The notes under the pieces were generated by a model, which was given only the letters and a program-made list of their open reading frames with translations, was not told the DNA's origin and made no database searches. A program made the translations under genes and the position numbers. This document shows positions 30,095-39,080 of a stretch of 64,000 nt of DNA, in pieces. How positions within the stretch are numbered: the first letter of the stretch is position 1; each line of letters starts with the position of its first letter. This stretch comes from a virus, in IMG/VR virus record IMGVR_UViG_3300026484_000333, positions 1 through 64,000 of that record. The stretch is one strand, 5' to 3'.

Positions 30095-31084
30095 CTATTC
30101 TTCCGCTTCTATCACACCTTCTCCTGCAAATTTAATAGGACTTTGTGTTAAAGGATTTAATACTCTGTATTTGACATTTAATTTATCTAAATTATTTTCA
30201 TTAATTATTTTTGCGTCTATAATTTCTATTTCTGGTAACTCTAAACCAAAGCTAAATTGAACATTTTTATTATTAATTTCAAAAAACGAAACCTCTTTAT
30301 ATAATAATGAAATTTCCCCAACAGATAAAATACGATTAAAAAATCTTGTTTGGTCAAATAAAGTCTTTTGATAATTTCTATTGCCTGTAGGAGGGAGAAA
30401 AGTAAAGTTTCTTTTTAAACACAATCTATAAGAAATTTTTACACCGTTTTCAAATTCAATAGTCAATTTATTTTTATATAATTCTTTAACACCAAAAGGA
30501 TATAAAAATTTTACATTAAATAATTTGGTTTCATTTGGGGCTATTTCTTGTCCTATTTCTAAATCTATTATTTTAATACCATAAGTATTTAAAAATATAA
30601 TATCTTTAATTTTTAAATTTTCTTTATAACCATTTGTAAAGCCTAATTCTAATATTTTATTCTCATCATCAGTTAAATCAACATAAACCCAAAAATTATC
30701 ATTATATGGATTTTTTGCCCAGATTAAATTATTTTTGATTGATATGTCTTTAATATCATATTTATTATAGCTTTGTTTAGTATTATAAACATAAAATGAA
30801 GATTTAATATCTGTATAATATGCTTTTGGTTTGGATTTTTTTGGAAAAATAATATCCCCTGAAAAACTAATATCATTAAAATAAATACAAAAGTTTTTAT
30901 TAACAAAAGCACTATTACAATAATTCTTACTGCTTACTATACCTTTAATAGCTTGTTTAATAACAACAACAGAATTATCTGTAATTGATTCTTCTTCTGT
31001 ATAATATATTCTTAAAAGTATAGGGGTAAAACTTTTATCTCCTATATTTGTTTGTTCTTGTATATATTTATAAATCGTAGCCAT
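30095..31084 (-). CDS. Chimeric virion protein: paralog of the 16707-17951 N-half fused to LamG C-strands and a tail-tube C-terminus
   Basis: After LKRNFT comes FDQTRFFNRILSVGEISLLY (LamG end), then FGLELPEIEI, which resembles the tube segment FAIWLPYIKY. Confidence 0.7.
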   Translation of the reverse strand: MATIYKYIQEQTNIGDKSFTPILLRIYYTEEESITDNSVVVIKQAIKGIVSSKNYCNSAFVNKNFCIYFNDISFSGDIIFPKKSKPKAYYTDIKSSFYVYNTKQSYNKYDIKDISIKNNLIWAKNPYNDNFWVYVDLTDDENKILELGFTNGYKENLKIKDIIFLNTYGIKIIDLEIGQEIAPNETKLFNVKFLYPFGVKELYKNKLTIEFENGVKISYRLCLKRNFTFLPPTGNRNYQKTLFDQTRFFNRILSVGEISLLYKEVSFFEINNKNVQFSFGLELPEIEIIDAKIINENNLDKLNVKYRVLNPLTQSPIKFAGEGVIEAEE

Positions 31085-32805
31085 TAAACAATCCTTGTAA
31101 AGTTACCTATTTTAAATATCTTATCTGCTAAATCATTTTCTGGTAAATATCCCCATAATACTTTTAGACCGTTTAAATAAATTTCTACATAATTATTTTC
31201 TTTATCATAATTTAAAGCATAAAATATCCATTCTAATAAATTATATTGATTGTCTGTAATAGTTTTACCGTCTAAATACTCATAATTACCGTCTTTTAAC
31301 ATATAAAAATAAATTTTCCCATTTGGATGAATTCCTAAACCTATTCCATTATTTGCTTCATAATCACTAATAAGCAATCTTTCATAATCTTCTAAATAAA
31401 ACCAACCACTAACTGCAAAACTTGAATTTGGTGTAGGAACATTAGTTTTAACTCCTGAAAAATCTTCTAAAACAACTGCTTTATGTAAATAGCCATCTGT
31501 ATAATAACCTTGATACTCTGAATTAGTCCATTCCCCTAAATAAACTTCCTCTTCATCGTTTAAATTTTCTTCAAATCTAAATAACCCTATACAACTACCA
31601 TCACCAAAAATATCTTTTACTTTTTCAGTTCCATCTTGTTTATAATGCCCTACTAAAACATTTGAACTAATACCGTAATACAACGAAGCTACGTAATCAT
31701 TATCAAGAGCTTTTTGGATTAAATCAAAACATTTAATATCAGTTACAAATTCACCATAAGCAATTTTATCTACTACTTCAAAATCTTTTATACCTGTTTT
31801 ACTGTTTAAAGTATTTATTTCTTTTAATTTGTTTTCTAGAGTAAATTGGAATTTATCAACAAAAAACTTTTCCCCTTCAATAGAAAAACAACCCCATTGA
31901 GGATAAACTTCAGTTAAAAATACTTCTCTAAAAGGCTCTCTCAAAAAATTATCTTTATGAAAAATATAATTTGGAGATTTCAATTCAAAAGCAATTTCAG
32001 GAGATTTTTCAACACTAAAAGCCATTGTCATTTTAGAAACAATTGCTCTGTCTAATTCAATGGCACAAGTATCTTCCCCACAATAATAGCCCATTAATAA
32101 ATCAACTCTTGGTAATTCACTGCATTTCAGCGAAGGTTTATATAAAAAGGCACTTCCTAACTCCCCTCCTTGTACCTCATAAATCTGACAAGCCACATTA
32201 GAAGTTATATTTATTGTAAAATAATCGCCAACATTATATTCATACTCGTCTGAAATCAAAACTTTTATAATTTCATTAAAATATTCTTTTCCTGTTATGG
32301 CATTATGTTTCCAACCGCTTTCACTGCCGTAAACAGACCATTTTTTATCCCCTAAATATTCAAACGTCCAAAGTTCAGTTTTTATATTAAAAGCGACATA
32401 ATCTAATAATTGAACTTTTTTATTAATGCCTTCTATTGTATCACTCTCTACTTTATATTCAATTCTCGGATATTTACTTGCATTTAAAATTGCTCCGCTA
32501 CCAACTTGTGGTAATTCCATTTTCCCAAAAGCACTATAAAAAAGTTCATTATTTATATTTTTAAAAACTTTGCTATAAACAAAGGGCAATAAAGATGTTT
32601 TAATAACAGCAGTCCCGCTTATTTTACCAAGCACCCTTTTTTTATCAAAAAAATAAGTTTTACTTTTATTTCTGTCTATTTTTTCAAAGTCTATATTTAG
32701 TAAACTACCACTTTTGAACTCAATTAAATCATTAGGAACAAAATAATCATTATCAATGCTTCCACTTTTTTTAACCGCTATTATTTTAACATTTTCTTTT
32801 TTCAA
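31084..32805 (-). CDS. Tail tube paralog with LamG insertion, C-terminally interrupted
   Basis: Collinear with 28722-30047 (VGSGAIL, IYEVQGGE.G.A.LYK); LamG DIFGDGSCIGLFRF..IYLNG..KIGNFT, then stop. Confidence 0.75.
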   Translation of the reverse strand: MKKENVKIIAVKKSGSIDNDYFVPNDLIEFKSGSLLNIDFEKIDRNKSKTYFFDKKRVLGKISGTAVIKTSLLPFVYSKVFKNINNELFYSAFGKMELPQVGSGAILNASKYPRIEYKVESDTIEGINKKVQLLDYVAFNIKTELWTFEYLGDKKWSVYGSESGWKHNAITGKEYFNEIIKVLISDEYEYNVGDYFTINITSNVACQIYEVQGGELGSAFLYKPSLKCSELPRVDLLMGYYCGEDTCAIELDRAIVSKMTMAFSVEKSPEIAFELKSPNYIFHKDNFLREPFREVFLTEVYPQWGCFSIEGEKFFVDKFQFTLENKLKEINTLNSKTGIKDFEVVDKIAYGEFVTDIKCFDLIQKALDNDYVASLYYGISSNVLVGHYKQDGTEKVKDIFGDGSCIGLFRFEENLNDEEEVYLGEWTNSEYQGYYTDGYLHKAVVLEDFSGVKTNVPTPNSSFAVSGWFYLEDYERLLISDYEANNGIGLGIHPNGKIYFYMLKDGNYEYLDGKTITDNQYNLLEWIFYALNYDKENNYVEIYLNGLKVLWGYLPENDLADKIFKIGNFTRIV

Positions 32806-32807
32806 AA

Positions 32808-33215
32808 TTAAATCCTTTTTATATACCTAACTTCAATGTCTATTTTAGCAATAGCGTGAGGATGGACAACACCTCCTTCTCTTTTCATACTACTAACAGT
32901 CATATCAACAACACCCATAGGTTGCCATCTTATATCTTCTACAACCTCATACACAGCCTCAATCAAATCACTTAAAATATCCTCATACTGATTTCTTGCC
33001 TGTTTATTAAAAACATAAACACTTATATTTCCAACATAATAAGCTTTTCTATTTGTTAAATTATCCCTCTCTTTTTCTTCACTCTCATACATAACACTAA
33101 CAGCAGGAAACCTATCAATTTGAGTCCACAAAGGAACAATATTTTTATAAATTTTTACAAAAATATTCTTATCTCTTAAACCATCTATTAATTTTTCTAC
33201 AATTTCTTTTCTCAT
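32808..33215 (-). CDS. Tail terminator protein
   Basis: FPAVSV motif; position upstream of the tube genes. Confidence 0.7.
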   Translation of the reverse strand: MRKEIVEKLIDGLRDKNIFVKIYKNIVPLWTQIDRFPAVSVMYESEEKERDNLTNRKAYYVGNISVYVFNKQARNQYEDILSDLIEAVYEVVEDIRWQPMGVVDMTVSSMKREGGVVHPHAIAKIDIEVRYIKRI

Positions 33216-33298
33216 ACCGACAATCCTTTTGCTAATTCAACTAATAAGAGTAACATAATAATTACATAATAAATTCCAATACTATTTTGTACAGTCAT
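33212..33298 (-). CDS. 28-aa hydrophobic peptide
   Basis: MTVQNSIGIYYVIIMLLLLVELAKGLSV; ATGA overlaps with both neighbours. Confidence 0.55.
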   Translation of the reverse strand: MTVQNSIGIYYVIIMLLLLVELAKGLSV

Positions 33299-33780
33299 AC
33301 TGCTTCCTTTGTTTCTTTTAGTAATAATTCAAATAAATCATTTACTGATATAATACCATCTCTGCCTTTGTCAAACAAAACATCATACATCCAATCTTTC
33401 CAAGCAGGTGTTTTTCCATCTGCTCTTTTTGGTTTTGCCATATCTGTATATTTAGCATAAGGAACGCCTATTTCTGCCCAGCTATGAATTACAAAACCCT
33501 GACCTTTCTTATAAGCATTTACTTTTGTCTTAATATGTTCTAACTGTTGTCCACTGACTTTATAAGTAAAACGCCTATGAGACGGTCTTCTTCTATGTAA
33601 ATATTTAACAGGAATAGGTGTTCCCAATGCTTTTTTAATAGCTTTTTCCCAAGATTTTAAATCACTATCAAGTTTTTTAGCTAAAAACTCTAATCTATGT
33701 ATTCCTAAAAGAGGAAGTTCTTTTTTAAAATTTTTCCAGGATTCCCCTATAGGTTTTTTGATTTTAACCACTGCTATCAT
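33295..33780 (-). CDS. Neck / tail completion protein
   Basis: Basic, SGQ..IK and VPYAKY motifs of HK97 gp10-like proteins; synteny. Confidence 0.6.
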   Translation of the reverse strand: MIAVVKIKKPIGESWKNFKKELPLLGIHRLEFLAKKLDSDLKSWEKAIKKALGTPIPVKYLHRRRPSHRRFTYKVSGQQLEHIKTKVNAYKKGQGFVIHSWAEIGVPYAKYTDMAKPKRADGKTPAWKDWMYDVLFDKGRDGIISVNDLFELLLKETKEAV

Positions 33781-34334
33781 AATCTAAACATCCTAAAAGA
33801 ACTTAATAAATTTTCTACCATAGGAGGAACATCGTCAATCACTTTTACTTGCTCTTTAATACCTGTTGACATAGAAACAATACTATCCGTGTCTTTTGTA
33901 ATATCATTATAAACTTTTTTACCTAACATATATAAACCTGAAACCAAACCTTCGGGAATTAAATCAATATCATTATAACCTACTTTATATTCAATTCTCA
34001 TAATTTGATTATCAGTAATTGTAAATAAAGGAGGTAAATAAATACGATTATTTTCCCCAACTTCAAATTCAAGCAGAGTATTGTTATCTATACTCTCACC
34101 GTCAATTTTTACATCAACTAAATCAGAAACAATACCTTTTTTAGTATAAATCGAATTGCCATAAATTTTATTAATTCTTTCAACCAAATCTCTCTCAAAA
34201 ATGGCGACGTTATAATAATCATAAATATAACTTTCACTGATTTTCAAGACATCTTTTAAAAGGTCATCAATCAAATCATCTTGAATATCTAAAATCTTTT
34301 TAAACTCTACTAATAAATCATCTATAAGAGCCAT
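33777..34334 (-). CDS. Head-tail connector / adaptor
   Basis: K..L.I.D...DDLL, IEYKVGY..IPEGL, LLSSFR gp6-like motifs. Confidence 0.8.
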   Translation of the reverse strand: MALIDDLLVEFKKILDIQDDLIDDLLKDVLKISESYIYDYYNVAIFERDLVERINKIYGNSIYTKKGIVSDLVDVKIDGESIDNNTLLEFEVGENNRIYLPPLFTITDNQIMRIEYKVGYNDIDLIPEGLVSGLYMLGKKVYNDITKDTDSIVSMSTGIKEQVKVIDDVPPMVENLLSSFRMFRL

Positions 34335-34374
34335 AACTTATCCTTTTATAAAACTTACAATTTTAAACCAAAAA

Positions 34375-34713
34375 TCAACTATTTTCTTTTTTAGACTCTG
34401 TTTTTCTTCTCTTTGTTTGGTTTTTAATATGTAATTCGCTTGTGGTTTCTCTTTTGACTTCTGTCCTTCTCCTCGTTTTACTTTTGGTATGTAATTCGCT
34501 TGTGGTTTCCCTCTCTTTACGAAGTAACTCCTTTTTAGGGTTTTTAGCAGTATCCTTAATTTTTTCTATTAAAACAAATTCTTTTGGAAAAGTGTTTATA
34601 AGATAATCGCCGAACTCTTTATCTACAACATATAATCCATCATATCTATCAGGGCTAAATAAAATTCCTCTTACCATAATTCCATTTCCAACAACTTTAA
34701 TTTTATATTTCAT
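34375..34713 (-). CDS. Hypothetical late protein with a basic repeated tail
   Basis: Own late promoter; RETTSELH twice at 60-bp spacing. Confidence 0.7.
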   Translation of the reverse strand: MKYKIKVVGNGIMVRGILFSPDRYDGLYVVDKEFGDYLINTFPKEFVLIEKIKDTAKNPKKELLRKERETTSELHTKSKTRRRTEVKRETTSELHIKNQTKRRKTESKKENS

Positions 34714-34937
34714 ATCAAAACTCCTATAATAAGTATTTTAATATATATCAGTTTTACATCTTATTTATTAATAGCTTTATCTATACAAATCTGTAATGAA
34801 AAATAAAAATTAAAATAACGAATTAATAGAAATTTTCAAAATAAAAAGTTAATAATTTATATATTAAAGTATAGTTTTTTATCAAATTCCAAGCAAGAAT
34901 ACTCCATCCAAATTACAAAGTAATTAGGCAGAGAGGT

Positions 34938-35228
34938 TCACATTAATTCATTTATAAATTTTTCAAATTCTTTTTCTTTTTCAGAAGAATTGTTATTTGT
35001 GATTTTAAATGAATCTATTATGTCATTTTCATAAGTCAACAAACTACCTCTATATATAATAACCCCATTTACTTGATGTCTATTAAAATCCGGAAATGAT
35101 TTTATCTTATCACCAATATCTTCTATTCTAATATTTCTAAACGCGTCAGCCATCATATTACTAATTTCTAAACCAAATATTTCTTCTTCTTTTAACATTT
35201 CTAAAGTAGGATTTCTTAATAAATCCAT
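34938..35228 (-). CDS. Hypothetical accessory protein
   Basis: AGGA RBS; lies downstream of the capsid terminator. Confidence 0.5.
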   Translation of the reverse strand: MDLLRNPTLEMLKEEEIFGLEISNMMADAFRNIRIEDIGDKIKSFPDFNRHQVNGVIIYRGSLLTYENDIIDSFKITNNNSSEKEKEFEKFINELM

Positions 35229-35419
35229 ATCGTATCCTTCCTCATTATAGTATCATCCATATGCTTTACAGAATCTATATAGTTTTTGATTATCATATCT
35301 TCGTCAAATAGCACTTCTATAATGTGAAAATAAAATATTAATATTAGCATCATATTATTAGTTTCATTCAAAGATTCTTTATAAAACTTTGGACAGTCTC
35401 GAAGAATAATATAAAGAGA

Positions 35420-35447
35420 AAAATCACTCATTAGAGTGAGTGATTTT
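35420..35447 (-). terminator. Intrinsic terminator after the major capsid gene
   Basis: AAAATCACTCA-ttagag-TGAGTGATTTT, followed by a T-rich run on the minus strand. Confidence 0.75.
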
Positions 35448-36654
35448 AGTTAGAAGCTACATTAACAATTGCAGATACAGGAGTTGAGTTCACACAAAGT
35501 TTTTTGAAGTCAATATCTCTATATCCAACATATAGAGTTGTTGAACTTACAGCTTTTCTTTCAGTTTCGATTCCAATGTTTCCTCTGTCTGCAACACCAA
35601 AGTATGCTTTGTTAACAAGAAGAACTGCTGTTTTATCTCCGTTTGTTTCGTCAACATCACCATTAGCGTCAAGATTGTCAGGGATGTATTCAGTTACAAT
35701 AATAGGCATACCAAATAGTTTTCCGATTTCACCTACCATAATAGTTGCTTTAGCACCATATTTGTCAACAGTTAAAACTTCAGGTAATTCAAGCATTTGA
35801 TATGCTACATTTACAGGAGCTACAATAGCAAGGTCACTTAAATTAATACCATAAACGCCAAGTAGTCTTCTTGCTTGTGCAATTAGTGAAGCAGTTACTG
35901 CATTTCCACCTGCGTCAACTTTGTTACCAGCACCTTTTGCATATTTTAAAAGACCGTCAAATGCTTTTTTAACATCGTTAACGTCAGCAATAGCTGTGTC
36001 ACCCATTACAAGTGCATCCTCTGTTGCTCTTGCAAGTGATTTTACAAGTTCTTGTCTTACAAGCTGTGTAATCGCCGTTACCATTTCTTGGTCAGCTTGG
36101 TCAGTTACTGCAAGTAGTGTTTTAAATCTTGAAGTTGCAAAACTTACTTTTGCACCATTAATTGCACTTTCAATTGCGTCATCACCCGGAGCAATTAAAT
36201 ATGCTTTTGCTTTGTCCGTTTTTGCTGGAATAGAAAATGTGCTTCTATTTTCAGGCATTCTAAATCTTTGGAATAATCCCTCAACTTTAAGGTCAAGTTC
36301 TAGTTCTTCCATTACCCTGTTAGAAAACTCTTCTGCCAACCAACTTGCAATGTCTGCTGGTTTAATTGCTTTTTCAACAACAGGAGCGATTTCTTTAAAT
36401 TCTGCAAAACTATCGGCAGGTCTTCCAAGAAGTTTTGACTTAATATGCAAATCAACTGCTTTTTCTCTTGCTTTTGCTACTTCTTTGTCATCAACAGATT
36501 TTTCTTCAAATTGTGTTTTTCTTTCAGTCCATTTGTCTTCAAATTCTTTTTTAAGTTCTTCTACTTTTTTTTCTGATTCAGTTTTTGTACTGTCAAGCTC
36601 TTTTTTAAGCTCTTCTACTTGTTTTTGTAGAGTTGAAATTACTTCAATTCCCAT
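35446..36654 (-). CDS. Major capsid protein, HK97 fold with N-terminal coiled-coil delta domain
   Basis: Coiled-coil N-terminus, EDALVMGD, FDGLLK, GKLFGMPIIVTE. Confidence 0.92.
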   Translation of the reverse strand: MGIEVISTLQKQVEELKKELDSTKTESEKKVEELKKEFEDKWTERKTQFEEKSVDDKEVAKAREKAVDLHIKSKLLGRPADSFAEFKEIAPVVEKAIKPADIASWLAEEFSNRVMEELELDLKVEGLFQRFRMPENRSTFSIPAKTDKAKAYLIAPGDDAIESAINGAKVSFATSRFKTLLAVTDQADQEMVTAITQLVRQELVKSLARATEDALVMGDTAIADVNDVKKAFDGLLKYAKGAGNKVDAGGNAVTASLIAQARRLLGVYGINLSDLAIVAPVNVAYQMLELPEVLTVDKYGAKATIMVGEIGKLFGMPIIVTEYIPDNLDANGDVDETNGDKTAVLLVNKAYFGVADRGNIGIETERKAVSSTTLYVGYRDIDFKKLCVNSTPVSAIVNVASN

Positions 36655-36686
36655 AACCATTTCCTTTCAATGTTATTTTACAAAAG

Positions 36687-36866
36687 TTATATCGGAAAGT
36701 TGTAGTTTGTTTTATCATTAGCAAACTTTTTATTATATTCTAATATTTGTTTATTTAGAAAATCGTTAATTTTTTTTAAATCATCACGTTCTTTGACACA
36801 AAGTTTATAGCGGTTTAAAAGCTCCTCAAACTCATCTTGAGGAATTTCTATCATTTTCTTTTCCAT
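36687..36866 (-). CDS. 59-aa coiled-coil protein after the o-spanin
   Basis: Not in track: MEKKMIEIPQDEFEELLNRY..ILEYNKKF.., AAGG RBS. Confidence 0.6.
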   Translation of the reverse strand: MEKKMIEIPQDEFEELLNRYKLCVKERDDLKKINDFLNKQILEYNKKFANDKTNYNFPI

Positions 36867-37038
36867 TTTTTACCTTTATATGTAATGTAAGAGGTTTTGT
36901 TTTTGTTATATTATAATCATAAGTTTGCAATTTAGGACAATTTGTTTTTAGATAAACATATTTTATTTTTTCTTTACAAGCACAACCATTAAGGAATAGT
37001 GATATTAATATCACGCTCAATAGTAATATTTTTTTCAT
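36832..37038 (-). CDS. o-spanin lipoprotein
   Basis: Signal peptide with lipobox LNGC; overlaps the i-spanin end. Confidence 0.75.
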   Translation of the reverse strand: MKKILLLSVILISLFLNGCACKEKIKYVYLKTNCPKLQTYDYNITKTKPLTLHIKVKNGKENDRNSSR

Positions 37039-37312
37039 CTTTGTTTCCTTTTATTTGCTTTACTACATTAATCTTTTCTTTGAGAATTTTATTTTCAAAA
37101 TTAATATTTTTTAATGTGTCCTTAATTTGTAAAAATGTTTGTTTTAGGTTATTATTTTCAAGTTCTAAATCTTTAATTTTCATTTCTTGCTTAATCACAG
37201 TATTTTCAAGCTCTTTTTTATATAAATAAGATTTAAAAGAAAAAACACCTAAAACAACAAATAAAACTGCCAATACTACATTTAACATTTTATCTCTAAA
37301 AAAATTAAACAT
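36989..37312 (-). CDS. i-spanin
   Basis: One N-terminal TM segment plus coiled coil. Confidence 0.75.
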   Translation of the reverse strand: MFNFFRDKMLNVVLAVLFVVLGVFSFKSYLYKKELENTVIKQEMKIKDLELENNNLKQTFLQIKDTLKNINFENKILKEKINVVKQIKGNKDEKNITIERDINITIP

Positions 37313-37526
37313 ATTCATCTTCCTTTTTTTTAATTTTTTCATAAGTTCTACCTGCTATCCAAGCTATAGGAATACCAACTGCAAGAGTTGACCAAAGTTC
37401 TATAAATTCTTTTTTAATATCTAATATGTGTAAACCGCTTAAAATTGTAATCAATGAAGTAAAAAATAAAACATACCACGCCATTGAAGGACGTGATATC
37501 CTTCTAAATATAGTAACCCTACTCAT
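37305..37526 (-). CDS. Putative holin or antiholin
   Basis: Two TM segments, GRTYEK, charged C-terminus; precedes the spanins. Confidence 0.65.
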   Translation of the reverse strand: MSRVTIFRRISRPSMAWYVLFFTSLITILSGLHILDIKKEFIELWSTLAVGIPIAWIAGRTYEKIKKKEDEYV

Positions 37527-39045
37527 CTTCTTCTTTTTGTAAATGTTCTGTAAGTTTTTCATTTATGATTTTTTCAAGTTCACCATAAACATTTAAAAGA
37601 TAATCAAGTCCTTCAACATCATTTGCTTTTTCTTTTAATTGCTCTAACAAATCAGGCTGGTTTTCTTCCGTTTTTTGTTCAGTTACATTTTCTTCTTTAT
37701 TTTCTTCTTTTCCTGCTTGGTTGCTATCATTATCTAATTCTTTTTTATTGTCTGGCTCTTGTTCTTTTTTTACTCCGTTATCATCTCTATCTTGGAAGTA
37801 ATCTTTCATAAATGCCAAAAGTTTTGCAACCTCGCTTCTGCCTATAACAAAATCATAAACATTACCATCGTCTTTTACATATCTTCTAATTCTATAACCT
37901 AAAGGCGGATTAGGATAAGCAGTTAATACACTTTCGCTTGTAACATTAACAATAAGTTCGCCATTATCTCCGCCTTGGACTTGGTCACCTTCTTTTAAAC
38001 CTTGACTTGATTCAATAATTTGATTTACCTTATCTTTTCCAAGATTAGTTGTCCCACCCCTACTAGCTTTTGTTTCTATAGCAGTCAATTCCTTAATTTC
38101 TGAATAAATTTTTTCAACTTGTGCTTCAAATTCTTTTGCCATTTCTTCTAAATCAGCTGGAATTTCACTTATCATTTCTTGTTTTAACATTTCTCTATAA
38201 TGTTTTAATAAATGCCTACTTGCATCTCTTTTTTCCACAGCACTAATATTAGGATTATTCCTTGCTCCTCTTAAAGCCTGATAAGCACTTATAACACCGT
38301 TTTTATTAACAACTAAATCTTCGCCTTGTAGTTCGTGATGGGGGAATTTCCAAGTACTTCTCTTTTCAACATCGCCTACAACTAAATAGCATTCTTTGAT
38401 ATAATTTTCTTTCCCTAAATCTGCCAACTTTTGCCCGAGAGCTGTTTTATCAACATCTCCCCACGCTTTATCACTAATTACATTGTTTTTAATTGCTTTT
38501 TCTATACCCATTTCTACATATCCTTTCGTAATTAAATTTTGTCTTGTTGATAATAAGCACACACCATTTTCACAAGGACTATTTTCTAAAACCGTAAATA
38601 AACTTTCCTGATTATCTGGTATTGAAACAATACTAACCTCATAAAGTTCAATTTTAGTCCAATACCAAACACCATTCATTTCTTTATAATCTATGCCTTT
38701 AAAGCCGATAGAAAATGCTTTTAAAATACCTTCTTTTACTGCAAAATAAACTTTTGGATTTAATGCCTCATAAACTACAGCCTCAATTTCAAGACCTTTT
38801 GAAGTTAGATTAATGTTTGTGACTTTACCTACAATTTCATCTTGCCTGTGTTGATAAAGTAAAACAGGATTTTTCATAAAATTAGTTAAATCATAGCTTT
38901 CAGGCAAAACGCTCTCATCACTTCTATCAACAACCAAATTTCCGTTATCATCAAGATAACGGTTTGCAAAACCTTTGATAGTTATTTGTCCATCACCTGC
39001 TTCTGTTGTAAAATTTTTTATAACCAAATTTAAAGTTTTATCCAT
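37519..39045 (-). CDS. HK97-type prohead protease (S78) with long C-terminal extension
   Basis: NPVLLYQH, AFSIGF, ELYEVSIVSIPDN. Confidence 0.92.
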   Translation of the reverse strand: MDKTLNLVIKNFTTEAGDGQITIKGFANRYLDDNGNLVVDRSDESVLPESYDLTNFMKNPVLLYQHRQDEIVGKVTNINLTSKGLEIEAVVYEALNPKVYFAVKEGILKAFSIGFKGIDYKEMNGVWYWTKIELYEVSIVSIPDNQESLFTVLENSPCENGVCLLSTRQNLITKGYVEMGIEKAIKNNVISDKAWGDVDKTALGQKLADLGKENYIKECYLVVGDVEKRSTWKFPHHELQGEDLVVNKNGVISAYQALRGARNNPNISAVEKRDASRHLLKHYREMLKQEMISEIPADLEEMAKEFEAQVEKIYSEIKELTAIETKASRGGTTNLGKDKVNQIIESSQGLKEGDQVQGGDNGELIVNVTSESVLTAYPNPPLGYRIRRYVKDDGNVYDFVIGRSEVAKLLAFMKDYFQDRDDNGVKKEQEPDNKKELDNDSNQAGKEENKEENVTEQKTEENQPDLLEQLKEKANDVEGLDYLLNVYGELEKIINEKLTEHLQKEEDE

Positions 39046-39080
39046 TACTTCTCCTTAAACTTTCTTTAAAATTATATCGG

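Noticed and set aside
35216-35431. 71-aa ORF after the capsid gene
   Set aside because: The ATG lies inside the terminator hairpin and lacks a clear RBS
35921-36721. 266-aa plus-strand ORF and similar antisense ORFs over TMP, tube and sbcD
   Set aside because: Shadows of codon-biased real genes, with no RBS
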